Shown: positions 35,776 to 49,024 of the stretch, in pieces
Layout: each line of letters starts with the position of its first letter
Position numbering within the stretch: position 1 is the first letter of the stretch
NCBI RefSeq assembly: GCF_006345805.1
Contig: NC_043020.1
Coordinates: forward strand, 17,546,001 to 17,610,000
DNA: 64,000 nucleotides
Source: Octopus sinensis
Lineage: Eukaryota
Direction: 5' to 3'
Notes under the pieces: generated by a model
The model's input: the letters and a program-made list of their open reading frames with translations, nothing else
Databases searched by the model: none
What the model was told of the DNA's origin: nothing
Position numbers and translations under genes: made by a program

Positions 35776-36819
35776 CATACACAAAATCAAAAAGTACATA
35801 CATAATAAATTTACTGAGCAAACTCAGAGTAACAACAATAAAGCTTCGACTATGAGTAAGTTGTGTCAAAGTAATTAACTGAACCATCCACCTAATTATC
35901 TTTCTAATCACCTCTCCATCTCCAAAAGATAGCTGGATTATCTGCCTGTAGTTCGTCTTAGCCTCTTTGACTCACCCTACCCTCTCCCTCTCATTCTCCT
36001 TCTCTGGCTGTAATAACTGGACATTACTCTCTCTCTCTCTCTCTTCTCAACCTTTCCTCATCTCTTCATTTATAATTTGCTCAAGAATCAATCAATTTGT
36101 GCCTGTGTCACTTTAGTATACAACAAACATATCTGTTAATATTACAGTGACTGCTGCTGCTTCCCAGTCATATTCTCTATTGTTAATTAAACCCTCTGTG
36201 CTAATTGCTATCTCTTCCCTCCTATCCTCATCACCTTACAGCCATCCCTGCCCGTGAGCTCATCAATTATATCTGATTGAGTGATAAGGGAACATTTAGT
36301 CTTTTTCTCTACCCCCGACCCTACTTCTCACTACCCTCTCTTTTTCTTCTGATTCTTCTCCACACTCTTTCTACACTCTCTTTCTCTCCCTTTCCCTTTT
36401 TCCTCTTTCTATTCCCCCCCCACTTTCTCTTCCTGCCACCCCCCTCACTCTCCATTTCCCTTTCTCTCTCTTTCCTTCCTTCCTCTCTCTCTCTCAACAT
36501 CCAATAACTGTTATTAGTTATTAAATAAGTATTACTGACGTTGAATAACGGGCATGGTGATTGTTCCCCATCCCACCCCTAAAAAAAAAGCTCTTTCGCA
36601 CCCAACCACCCACCCTGATGCTGCTGCCACCACCACCATTACCACCACTGCTCATACACTTCCAGACACTTCAACATGCCAGAGGTTGTGGTCGGCTTGC
36701 TGATTTGAATTGCATGGCAGTTTTAAAATAAGTATTATTAAAGTTGAATATCTCGGGGAGAAGTGTTAGTTCCCACCACCAACCACTTCTCTCCACATAC
36801 TTCCTCACACCCACAATTG

Positions 36820-37240
36820 CCCTACACATACACACACACACTTCTAGCAACCTCCATGCACCCATCATTGCCACACATGCACACACACACACTTCCAACA
36901 CACTTCCAGGTACCTCCACATACATACACACTTTCAGCTACCACTACACACACACACTTCCAACTACCACTACACACATACACACACACTTCCAATTACC
37001 ACTACATACACTTCTAGCAACTCCATGCATCCATCATTACCATACATGCACACACACACACACACTGCTACCTCCACATACATACACACTTTCAACTACC
37101 ACTACACACACACACATGCACTTCCAATTACCACTACACACATACACACACACTTCCAATTACCACTACACCCCCCACACACACACGCGCATTTCGAGCT
37201 ACCTCCATCCACCCACAACCGCCACCCACAAACACTTCCA
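36820..37240. repeat. CA-rich minisatellite (ccaattaccactacacacatacacacacactt-like units)
   Basis: Seen directly. Confidence 0.85.
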
Positions 37241-39040
37241 GCAGACTAGGAGTCTTGAGGTTGGTTGGCTGGTTTCAATTGCGTTGATAGGAACTTGTTA
37301 AATCATTGAGGACTCCCATCACACTGACCACATTTTCAAGTTGGCCTCCTTGATGCTTTTGATGATATACAAACATAATAATAGTCTTTTACTGGTTTCA
37401 TTTGGTTCTTAGGTTGTAGTCATGCTGGAGCACTGCCTTCAAAGATTTTTTTATTGTTTGTATATATCCTTCTTCTATCTTTTACTCTTTTTCTGTCATT
37501 GGATTGTGGCCATGCTTAGGCAACACCTTGAAGGGTCTTAGTCAAGCGAATCAATTTCAGTACTAATTTTTAAAACCTGGTCCTTATTCTATCTGACTTG
37601 TTTGCCAAACAGCTAAGTTAGTGGGATGTAAACAAACCAATACTGGTTGTTGAGTGGTGATAGTGGGCAACACACACACACACACACACATGCACACACA
37701 CACACACACACATTCACAATGACTTCTTTCAGTTTTCATCTACCAAATGAACTCACATAAGTAGAATATTTGGGCTTGATAAAGAGTAAAGACCCCCTTC
37801 AGTTATGAATGGTCATAGGATTACACCTAGAAAGTTACCCTCCAAGGCAGAAGACCTGGCAAGGTTGCTTATGGAAGACCAGCAATCACCCATCTCCCCT
37901 CTCCATGCCACTGATGTCATCCAAGGGAAAGGCAAAGGGGCCAATACAGCTTGGCACCAGTGATATCGGAACTCATTTCTACAGTTGAACAAACTGGAGC
38001 AATGTGAAATAAAGTGTCTTGCTCAAGAGCACAACACAACATACAGCCTGGTCTAGGAATTGAACTCACTACCTCATGATTGTGAGCCCGGTGCTCTAAC
38101 CACTGAGCCATGCACCTTAGAAGTTTGATTATAGAAATTTATGGTGATAAAGTTACTGTTTAACACCGAGTTGCATTTGACTAAGCAGATTGCTGATCAA
38201 AAGCATTCTTGCCACAATTATCCTAACATTATTTTTTTTATTTCTCTTTTTTTTTTTACATAAAATACCTTGGGCAACACTATCCAATATATCCCTTTTC
38301 TTTAATGATGATAGAGTAATATGACTGCTATTTCTAGTAAATAAGAAATCCATGTAAACATTTTCTCATTGGTTGTTATTTGTGTTGGTTTTATTTAATA
38401 CTGGTCATGGCCTCTGTAGTAGTAGTGGTGGTGATGGTGTCCAAAGTGTGGGTGAGTGAGAGTGATCAAAATAGTTTCATAAGAATAGAATCAGTGAAAA
38501 ACAAACAAAACCCATTGAGTCATTCCAATGGTATACAGCCTTTTTGTTTTTCCTCATTTGTCAAGCTATTTTTTTTTCTCTCTTAAATTGGTTTGACTAC
38601 AGAAATTAAAAACAAGAACAAAACAAATCTACTTCCCCTCCTTCACCCCTCAATCTACTGCAAACTTTCCTCAATGAGATTTTATTGGTCATTCACGTTC
38701 TAATGTTCCGTTCTATTGTTTTGTTTTATTTCTTTTTCTTGTTGGAATCATTTGTCAAAAGGATTGGAGAGTGAATGAAGGATCAGATACCATATCAGCA
38801 ATGAAAACCGCAAAAATAAAATCACTTGCAAAAACACAAAACAAAGCAAAACAAAAAACACAACTGTGTGTGGTTAAGAAGGTGGGTGCAGGCATGGCCG
38901 TGTGGTTAAGAAGCTAGCTTTGCAATCATGTGGTTTGGGGTTCAGTTCCACTGCACAATACCTTGGGCAAAGGCTGACCAATGTCTTCTAAGTGAATTTA
39001 GTAGATAGAAACTGCGTGAAAGCTTGTCATATATAGATAT

Positions 39041-39390
39041 AGGCACAGGATTGGCTGTGTGGTAAGTAGCTTGCTTACCAACCACATGATTCCGGGTTCA
39101 GTCCCACTGCGTGGCACCTTGGGCAAGTGTCTTCTGCTATGGCCTTGGGCTGACCAAAGCCTTGTGAGTGGATTTAATAGACAGAAACTGAAAGAAGCCC
39201 GTCGTATATATGTATATACATATATGTATGTATGTGTGTGTATTTGTTTGTATAACTTAGCGGTTCGGCAAAAGAGACCGATAGAATAAGTACTAGGCTT
39301 ACAAAGAATAAGTCCTGGGGTCGATTTGCTCGACTAAAGGCGGTGCTCCAGCGTGGCCACAGTCAAATGACTGAAACAAGTAAAAGAGTG
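39041..39390 (+). mobile_element. SINE family A
   Basis: Family A consensus with an internal deletion. Confidence 0.85.
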
Positions 39391-39553
39391 TGTGTACATA
39401 TGTGTGTGTGTGTATTTGTGTACATATACATGTGTGTGTCTTTGTGTTTGGGTCTGTTTCCACCACCACTGCTTGATAACTGGTGTTGGTTTGCTCACAT
39501 CTCCATGGCTTAGCAGTTCAGCAAATAGACCAATAAAAACAAATACCAGACGG

Positions 39554-39774
39554 TAACTCTTTAGCATTCAGATTTCTTCGTCAAATGAATTGCTTATTTA
39601 TTCACAATGTTTTTAATTAATCACAGATTATCTTGTAACTTCAAGATTTCAATGGTGTGTATTTTTAGAATGATATTGTAGTGTAGGTGTGAGAAAATGA
39701 ATTTGGGTAGTTTTAACATAAAACAGGTAGAATATCTGGGCCAGGTATGGCTGAATTAAATGTTAAAGGGTTAA
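39554..39774. mobile_element. piggyBac-like MITE (other copies ~41035-41237, 45343-46088, 46423-46648, 53500-54139, 60587-61180)
   Basis: Ends (t)taaccctttagcatt ... aatgctaaagggttaa, i.e. CCC/GGG TIRs at TTAA. Confidence 0.7.
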
Positions 39775-39903
39775 AAGAAGTACTGGGGGTGGGGTCGATT
39801 TGTTCAACTAATCCCTTCAGGACAGTGCCCTAACACACGTGCAGTCTTGACTGATGATTGAAACAAGTAAAAATTAAAAGATAACAATATTGTTGTTGTG
39901 TTG

Positions 39904-39934
<31 letters not shown>

Positions 39935-40669
39935 GGATAACAGCTGTGGACTGCTATAAGCAAAAGTCACCACTTCAAACTGGCAGAATGGCAGAAACAT
40001 TAGCATGTCGGACGAAATGCTTAGCAGTATATCATGTCTTTATGTTCTGAGTTCAAATTCCACTGAGGTCAACTTTGCTATTCAACCTTTCGGGGGTCAA
40101 TAAATTAAGTACCAGTTGCACACTGGAGTCGATCTAATCGACTGGCTCCCCATCTCCAAGAATTTCAGGCCACCATCAGTACCTTTGCTGCTTTGTTGTG
40201 GGATTCATCTGTTATGAAAGCCTATCAGCATCACTCACACACTGCAACTACCTCTGGGCACCTTTTCCTTTGGCTTCTGGCATCATCATCATCATTTAAC
40301 GTCTGCTTTCCATGCTGGCATGGGTTGGACGATTTGACTGAGGACTGGCGAACCAGTCTCCAATCTGATCTGACCAGGCTCCAATCTGATCTGGCAGAGT
40401 TTCTACAGCTGGATGCCCTTCCTAACGCCAACCACTCTGAGAGTGTAGTGGGGGCTTTTAACATTCCACAGACATGGGAGCCAGTCAGGTGGCACTAGCA
40501 TCATCCACGTTTGGATGGTGCTTTTTATGTACCACCTGCACAGCCTGTCCAGCGGCACTGGCAATGACCTCACTCAAATGTTTTTCCCATGCCATATCCA
40601 CATTATAATCCTGATCACTACTGCCACCACCACCACCACCATGACCATCACCACTAACAACATATAAAC

Positions 40670-40928
40670 TGGTGGTTCTCAACCAGGGTCTATATGGCCC
40701 TTGGGGATCCATATAAGATTTTTTTTTTAAATGTATGTGCAGTTAATAGGTTGTACTTCTACAACACACAAAATAATTTAACAATTTTTTTAATACAATT
40801 CCTAAAAGTATTTAACCATAAAAATACAGTCAGATATGTTTTTATATCCATTGAATGGCTATGGAGGTCCAGAAGAATAAAATAGGAATCAAAGGAGTTC
40901 CATAGAAAAAAATGGTTGAAAACCACTG
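40670..40928. mobile_element. hAT (Charlie/Buster-type) MITE with 8-bp TSD
   Basis: TIRs gtggttctcaacc / ggttgaaaaccactg; TSD atataaac at 40662-40669 and 40929-40936. Confidence 0.85.
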
Positions 40929-41821
40929 ATATAAACCATCACCATTCTTTCATATCACCAACACCAGTTCAGCCTATACCACCAGCACCAGTGCCACTGT
41001 TAATATTGGTTAGCATTTAAATCCTATATTGGGAACCCTTTAGCATTTAAACTGGTCATATCCAGTCAAAATATTCCACCTGTCTTATGTCCAAAATGAC
41101 CAGATATGGCCACTCACACTTACCCTGCAATCACATTATTGAAATCTTGAAACTTCAAAATAATGCATGATTAATTCAAAACAATGTGAATAAATAAGAA
41201 TTACGATTGATAGAATAATCTGAATGCTAAAGGATTAAACACTGACAAACTGTGACATTAAAAAGGGAGTAGGAAATGGAGCGAAGTGTGGTGAGGGTGA
41301 GATGAGGAGAAGGGTGGTGTGTGGTGGTTCATTATTCTCTAAGCTTGCTCTCTTTCTGTGAGGGCTTATGATGCCTGTATGGTTGTTTTGCACTGTTAAC
41401 CTCTCAATTTATGGTGAGAATTATATGGGTGTATATATCATATATATATATATGACAAGTTGTATATAATGGTCATTACATATTTTTCCTTTATTAGAAC
41501 CAAATTTGCTCTAATGAAGGAAAAATAAGTAATGATTGTTATCTATAACTTGTCTTATATATCACACTGTGTAAAAACCAGTTTGACTGGAGCCCAACCA
41601 CAGATTTATAATATAGAATGGTGATGAACCAGAACCTTGGACCGTGCCATAAGAATACTTGGAGTTCTTCACTAATCTAAACAATGTTAGCCTGGTGTGC
41701 CAACAGAGACCTCATGAAGTATTTTGCCCAGATTGATAATCCCTCACTATTAGCTCTCTCTCTCTCCCTCCCTCTCTCTCTCTCCCTCTCTCTCTCTCCT
41801 CTCTCTCTCTCTCTATATATA

Positions 41822-41854
<33 letters not shown>

Positions 41855-42015
41855 GATAGATAGATATAACTTTTGGTCTATATAGACACCAATGTATAAA
41901 CATGGATATTTAGTTTATAAGTATTCCCATATATTGAAGCACATGCGTGCACACTCAAATTGATGTTGAAATTATAAGCCACTTAAATGTGTGTGTATGT
42001 ATGCATGTGCATATA

Positions 42016-42096
<81 letters not shown>

Positions 42097-42143
42097 TACA
42101 CACAGAGGTGTATGTATGTATGTATGTATGTATATATACATAT

Positions 42144-42176
<33 letters not shown>

Positions 42177-42264
42177 TATATACATATATATATACATATA
42201 CAGTTTTCCACCTGCCTTCGTCTTTTGTCTATTTTCATAAAGCTTCCCGTTATATATACATATA

Positions 42265-42475
42265 CAGGGGTGAGAAAAAATAGCTTAATATAGCAGCTCA
42301 AGCATTCACTCAAAGTCCCCAGAAATGAAAAAAAGGGCTTCCTATGAACTAGACATCCCCTGCAGATCCCTTAGTCAACTTATGAATTGCTTACATCTAA
42401 AAAAAGGAATAGAGAAATGGAAAGAACATTCCACTCATATTAAGCAACTGTATACCTTCTTTTTGTCCACCCCTG
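42265..42475. mobile_element. Tc1-like MITE
   Basis: TA-caggggtgagaaaaaa ... tttttgtccacccctg. Confidence 0.55.
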
Positions 42476-42529
42476 TGCATGACAGAGAACAGAGACCAAG
42501 GTGATGACTGGCTATGAAAGTGTCTAGAG

Positions 42530-42865
42530 CAGGGATTCTCAGCCACTTTTTTTTATCTATGGACCCCTTTTATTATTTTATTCTGGTGGACCCCCTTAGC
42601 CATTCTATGTTTAAAAACTAATTTTATAGAAACTTCTTTCAAAATTCCTATTTTGTTTTCCACACATTAACTTGTGTAGGTTGAACCATGTAAAATGTCA
42701 GAGAAAGAAACCTAACTGTTTCTTGCAATACCTACACCTAAAGCAAAATTTTTTCAGGGGCCCTTATAATACTATGGTAGATGTCCAATTTATTTTGTTG
42801 CATGGACCCCCAAAAATCTTATGTGGACCCTCAAGGGCCATATGGATCCTGGTTGAAAACCACTG
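42530..42865. mobile_element. hAT MITE with 8-bp TSD
   Basis: cagggattctcagcc ... ggttgaaaaccactg; TSD gtctagag/gtctagaa. Confidence 0.85.
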
Positions 42866-43179
42866 GTCTAGAATGTTTCTCCAACTGACTGCATTAGTTA
42901 TGGGGTCTTGACGATGATGATATAAAGCCGATAGTGTTACAATTTCTAAGGTGCCAATATGGCATGAGTTATGAATAAATGGGATCAAATCCATATGTAT
43001 TTAGTCTTGCTGCAAAATGAAGATCCTTTTCTGCAAGTTTGTTTAAGGGTTCAACTGACCAGTCTCACTTTAGGATCATTAACACAAGACTTGCTTTTCG
43101 TTACTTCACAAGATTCAAAGATAAAGTAGCAAAAATTTACTTATTAAAATGTAAACAAATTAAAGTTAGTGTTAACATA

Positions 43180-43587
43180 TAGGTGCAGGTGTGTCTGTGT
43201 GGTAAGAAGTTTGCTTCCCAACCACATGGTTCTGGGTTCAGTCCCACTGCATGGCACCTTGGGCAAGTGTCTTCATCTATCGCCTCGGGCTGACCAAAGC
43301 TTTGTGAGTGGAATTAGTAGACGGAAACTGAAAGAAGCCCATCGAATATATATATACTTATCTGTGTGAGTGTCTTTGTGTCTGTTTTTGTCATCCCATC
43401 ACTGCTTGACAACTGGTGTTGGTGTGTTTATGTCCCTGTAACTTAGCAGTTCAGCAAAAGAGACCAATAGAATAAGTACTAGGCTTTAAAAAAATAAATC
43501 CTGGGGTTGATTTGTTCAACTAAAACCTTTCAAGGGAGTGCTCCAGCATGGCTGCAGTAAAATGATTGAAACAAGTAAAAGAATAAA
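43180..43587 (+). mobile_element. SINE family A
   Basis: Family A consensus. Confidence 0.85.
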
Positions 43588-44173
43588 GGGATGTCCAAGC
43601 CTTTTGCAACTGTATTGTAACAATTTGGAAGGACTTAGCAAATTAACCAATTTCTTCATTATCAAGCTGGTTCTTCTATAAAAAATAACTTAAATATAAA
43701 CATTGCCAAACAGTTTTGTATCATAGAATCAGGTTTCATGCATGTCGGTATCAAAAGAGCCAAGGTAGGCAGCATTAAAAATTAGAAATAATTATGAAAT
43801 GAGAAAAAAAAAGAAATAATATTAGTCATTGACTAATATTTTAATTAAGTATCATAAATGATTAGGACATGTTTTGGTTTTATGATTTCATTAGTGAAGT
43901 AGATTTCACTGTACTTGGCACAGAAATGATGGAAAAGAATTCACTAAACCCATGTGCAATATTAGATATCATTTGGCATGGAATCTGTGAATATAAATAC
44001 ACACACTCACACACACATTCAGATTAATACCAACATGCATATGTCACACATACACGTACATACGTATAGATTTACCTGTATACATCCATCCATCCATAAG
44101 TACATTCCAACATGTTTGCAAATGTACTATATACATACATGTATACACATGTATGTATGTATGTATGTATGTG

Positions 44174-44240
<67 letters not shown>

Positions 44241-44889
44241 TTTATATTCATATATTTGTGTGTGTATACCAACATCACTGTTCAATGTGCTTTGCATGTA
44301 TGTGTGTGTCCATTTTACGTGCAAGCATATTTACTTGTAAATATCTGCATGTTTACACAAATACAAAATTATACTTAAATATATTCTCAATTACATGCAT
44401 GTAAAACGGAATTTCATCATATATAGTTATGTACTAGACATACACCTTCACTTAGTGTAATTAAACAATATTTAATTAGACAGCTCTCTGCACCATAACA
44501 TCTAATTTGGCAATCTCCGTGTCTGTTGTAACTAACACCAATATTAATAAAATCAGCAGCTATATCTCTCTTTCTCTCTCTCTCACTTAATTCTTAATAC
44601 ATTTTTTTTGGCACATACAGAAACGCAATTTTAACACACACACACACACACATTTATATACATATGTGCATGCAAACATACATGCATACATACATATATA
44701 CGTACGTACATACATACATACATACATACATATATGTACATACATACATACATGTGTCTTCTTGAAGAAAATTTTAGTTGCAACTGTGATGTTGGTAAAA
44801 CATGTTCTTTGTCTATCTCCTTATCCTCTTGGAGATTTTGGGTAAAATTATACTGATGTTTCCTAATTTAATTAAATTCTATGTCTTTG

Positions 44890-44960
44890 TGCAGCTGAAG
44901 ATTGCTCTACATTTTAAATTGATGTAATTAAATGGAGTTACATGAAACAGTCGTACTGCA
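44890..44960 (+). ncRNA. Type I hammerhead ribozyme motif (Penelope/retrozyme-like)
   Basis: Stem I TGCAG/CTGCA, core CTGAAGA (44895-44901), stem II, GAAAC (44944-44948), loop AGTC, GTA cleavage triplet (44953-44955); the closing pair of stem II is U-U. Confidence 0.55.
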
Positions 44961-45010
44961 TTACCTCTGGATATCCTTGTTGCTTATTTTGATACATACA
45001 TACATACATA

Positions 45011-45340
45011 CCCTGACTATGAATTTTCATTTGCACCTATAATCATAGGTGCATTAGGTTATGTACCAGCAAAGTTTCACAAAAACCTAGAAATATTCAG
45101 TTTCACAGAAAAAGAGCACAAGAAAATGATGTGGATTCTCTAAATCCAATGTATTAGTGGCATGGTGAAGATCTGCAAGGCATTCCAAGAATTCTCCATT
45201 TGAGATTCTCATTTGGGTATATACATTGACTGTTCAAACCAACACACCAACTCAACACGTATTTACAAACACTGGGAACTCTCTTAACTCAAAAAGTCTT
45301 GTTACTTTGTTAGCAACCGGCTTGAACTCTGTCAAAAAGA
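45011..45340 (+). pseudogene. 3' end of R4/Dong-like LINE, copy 3
   Basis: PDYEFSFAPIIIGALGYVP...ISGMVKICKAF; begins immediately after (TACA)n. Confidence 0.7.
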
Positions 45341-45942
45341 ACTTAACCCTTTAGAATTCAGATTACTTGATCAAATATAATGCTTATTTATTCATCTTGT
45401 CTTGACTTAATCATGCATTATCTCATAGTTTTGAGATTTCAGTGATGTAATTGTTTTTTTTTACTATGACATTGTAAAGTGGTATGTCTTTAGAGGTTTG
45501 AATATCTCATCACCAATAACATTATGATGATGTTGGGGTGTGCACAAGGGTGTAAGAATAGTATTACCCAAATAAATATTTGGGTCTAGTTATTTAGAAT
45601 AACCTCTTGCAGAATTAATATGTTCACTCAGAATGTCCTCTGTAATACACCAAACATAGATATATTAAGCTAACACAGTAATCCAATACCAATGGTTAAT
45701 GCTGTCAACTGCTGACAGTTTACACAGTTCCTTTATTTTATTGAAATGTGTCAGTCCACTTTTGGTCACAATCCTTCCACAACATAAAGTAAGCGTGAGA
45801 TGTTGGATCAGGCCAGTTTGAACATAAAAGAGTAAAAGAGGCAGAATATTTTGGGAAGAATTCACAATAAAACAAAAGATGAAGATAAGGTGGTGTTGAC
45901 AACAAATAGATGTATTAGTATAATACTCGGGAAGTGAAAAAG

Positions 45943-45980
45943 TCTTTAATGTTTCGAGCCTACGCTCTTCCACAGAAAGA
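45943..45980 (-). ncRNA. Decayed minimal hammerhead motif (Penelope-like repeat)
   Basis: TCTTT-CTGTGGA-A-GAGC-GTAG-GCTC-GAAAC-ATT-AAAGA; A6 and stem III mutated. Confidence 0.4.
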
Positions 45981-46856
45981 AACAAGGAGAGAAAATAAAG
46001 AATGTGTAGTGGCTAGTGATCTATCATGGCGAATGCTGGACAGAAGGGTCATGGCTGGATATGGTCAGTTTGAATGTTAAAGGATTAAATAAGACTCAAA
46101 GAAAAAAAAGAAATCCATCCATCTATCAATCTATCTATCTATCTATCAATGCTTGTCTTCCTTTTTGGGTTGGGCGGTTTGATAGGATCCAGTCAGTCAG
46201 AAGAGTATATCATGTTCCAGTATTTGCATTAGCATGGTAGCTATGGCTGGATGCCTTTCCTAACACAAACCACTTTATAAAGTGTAACTGTTTTTTTTTT
46301 TTGTGGCATTAGTGCTAGTGAGTGTGCCTTGTAGCTCACATGAGGGTGCCTTGTAGCTCTCCATCGGTTGAGTTGGGCTACAGTAGAGAGGGAGGCAGCT
46401 CTGTGCTAGTCGATGAAAAGTCAACCCTTTAGCATTCAAATCAGTCATATCCAGCTAAAGTATTTAACCTGTTTTATGTTGAAACTGGCCAGATCTGGCC
46501 TCTCAGCTCAACCCTACAATGTCATTCTCAAACTGAACAATCACATCATCAAAATCTCTAAACTACAAGATAATGCATGATTAATTCAAAACAATATAAA
46601 TGAGCAAACATTACATTTGACAGAATAATCTGAATACTAAAGAGTTAAGGTACGATGGAAGGGGCTGGAACAGGTTTCTTACTGTAGGAGAGCTACATGG
46701 TTGCTTACATTGTACAAGAATGGGTGGCGGTAATCAGTGTGGGACAGGAAAGGAAAATGAACATGGCAGTGATGAGGTATCAGGGTGGACTCTGGGAGGC
46801 TGAATAGAGTTAATAATAGTGCACGGAGAGAGTGAAGGGTGGTAAGAGATAGGGTA

Positions 46857-47252
46857 AGGTGGCGATTTGGCAGAAACGTTAGCACACTGGGTGAAGTGCT
46901 TAGCGGTATTTCGTCTGCCGCTACGTTCTGAGTTCAAATTCTGCCGAAGTCGACTTTGCCTTTGATCCTTTTGGGGTCGACTAAATAAATACCTATTTCT
47001 TTATTACCCACAAGGGGCTAAACATAGAGGGGACAAACAAGGACAGACATAGGTATTAAGTCGATTACATTGACCCCAGTGCGTAACTGGTACTTAATTT
47101 ATCGACCCCGAAAGGATGAAAGGCAAAGTCGACCTCGGCGGAATCTGAACTCACAACGTAACGACAGACGAAATACGGCTACGCATTTCTCCCGGCGTGC
47201 TAACGTTTCTGCCAGCTCGCCGTGTGTAGCCCCTTGTGGGCAGTAAAGAATT
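46857..47252. mobile_element. Family-B SINE with an antisense family-B SINE nested inside
   Basis: + head 46857-46990, - full copy 46991-47222, + tail 47226-47252. Confidence 0.85.
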
Positions 47253-47279
47253 AAGAAACAGGGTACGTGTTCAAATATA

Positions 47280-48345
47280 CTGAATGATGAACAAAGAGGA
47301 GGTTGTCTATGCTAAAATGAGTTGGATGGAAGGTAGGGGAGAGATGATGATGACAAGAGATGTGGAAGGGTATAGGGTTGGATGTAGTGAATGGTGGCAG
47401 TGTCAGTCAGTGATATATATATATATGAGTTAGGGAGGAGGTGCTGATTAATAGCACTGCAGTGTGAAGAGAGATGACATTGGAGTAGCAAGAGGTTGGA
47501 AAGACATGGTGCATGGGGAGAAGGTGCGAGATGTATGATTATATGGGCAATAACAGGAAGTGCTTAAGTGTTTCAATGGAGAGGGAAAGGGCGAGGTGAC
47601 TTGGTAGTATAAAAGGGGTGGAGTGATCAATGTAAAATGTGAGTGAAGAGGAACAATGTTAAGAATGAAGGATTGAAACCAATTGAAGTGGTTTCAGGTA
47701 GTTAGAAAAATAACTGGTATCACAAAAAAAGATGATAAAATATGTAGTTCTACCCTTATTTGATTACAGCAGCTGAATATACTGTTGGCAAATGAAAGAA
47801 AAGAATGGTGTGGAGGGAAGATCACACACATATACAAACATGCACACATATTCAACTGGGCTCCTCATCCAATTTCCACATCAAGTCTTAACCACTACCC
47901 CTCATCTCTCTATTACTGATCCCACTATCATTTACTGAACTGCAGTATTCTTCTGCTATAATTAAATGAGAACAGGATTACATATTTCATCATCTTTCTC
48001 TGTGATACTAGCTATCTTTCTCACCATCTAGAACCGTCATTCTTAATGTTCTTCTCCACTCACATTTTACATTGATCAACCTACTGTGCTATCAAATTAT
48101 TACTTCCTTGCCATTGAACCACTTCTTCTTGACTTGCTTTTACCACCATTCACCACTTTGTGTTTCTCTCCTCACACTTGTTACTGCCCTTCACATGTCA
48201 TCTCTCTTTCTCTTATCCTTCCCCTGTCTACTATTATTATTCTGCTCACCCTTTCTGTACTACCAGTCATCACCTACTCTTCCCTAATTTCCCCCCAACT
48301 CATACGTTCATGATCATTCCTCCATTCTTGTCTGCCATTCACTGC
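47280..48345. repeat. Diverged long inverted repeat (arms ~47280-47800 and ~47925-48345)
   Basis: e.g. tgatcaatgtaaaatgtgagtg / cactcacattttacattgatca; gtatcaca..aaagatgat.aaatatgta / tacatattt.atcatcttt..tgtgatac. Confidence 0.8.
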
Positions 48346-49024
48346 ATTCATCCATCACCTCTTGCTCATCTTTACAGATATCACCTACTCTCTCATACCT
48401 TCCTTCCAACCTATATTTATCACTGCTTTTTATGTGGCACCAGCACCAGTGCTTTTAACATGGCAAACATATATTGTTTACTGGTTTAAATAAACTACTG
48501 CACTCCGTATTAAGTACTCCTCTAGATCACTACTTGACAACAGTCAGTTCACGTGTGTGTGTGTGTGTTCATAATGCGCACAATTTCACACGCAAATGAA
48601 CATAATCTTGTACTTAAGTGCAAATATGTCTTATGTGAAAAGCATCATTTAACACTCATTTCTAAATGCTATATAAGAAGCCACATTGTATATGTCACAG
48701 ATGAACTGCAAAAGTTCTGGTTAAATGATTATAGTTTGCTGTGATGTCAGGCTGTAATCTCTCATTCTGTTTCACATATTGATATTTGCATTGTGGCACG
48801 ATACATTTCCAGATCAATTTAGCATGCTGTGCTTATCAATAGAATCAAAGAGGGAATAGATTAATTCTTGTGGTACTTGATTATATGTTGTTAGTGATAC
48901 ATTCTAAAGAGACCTTCAGCTGGAACACATCTCCCATTAATTCATTCCACAGGGCAAGGCAACAAATGACTCTGTAGTTGATAGTTCCATTCGTAATGGA
49001 TTCAACATCTGTTTGTGTAGAAGA

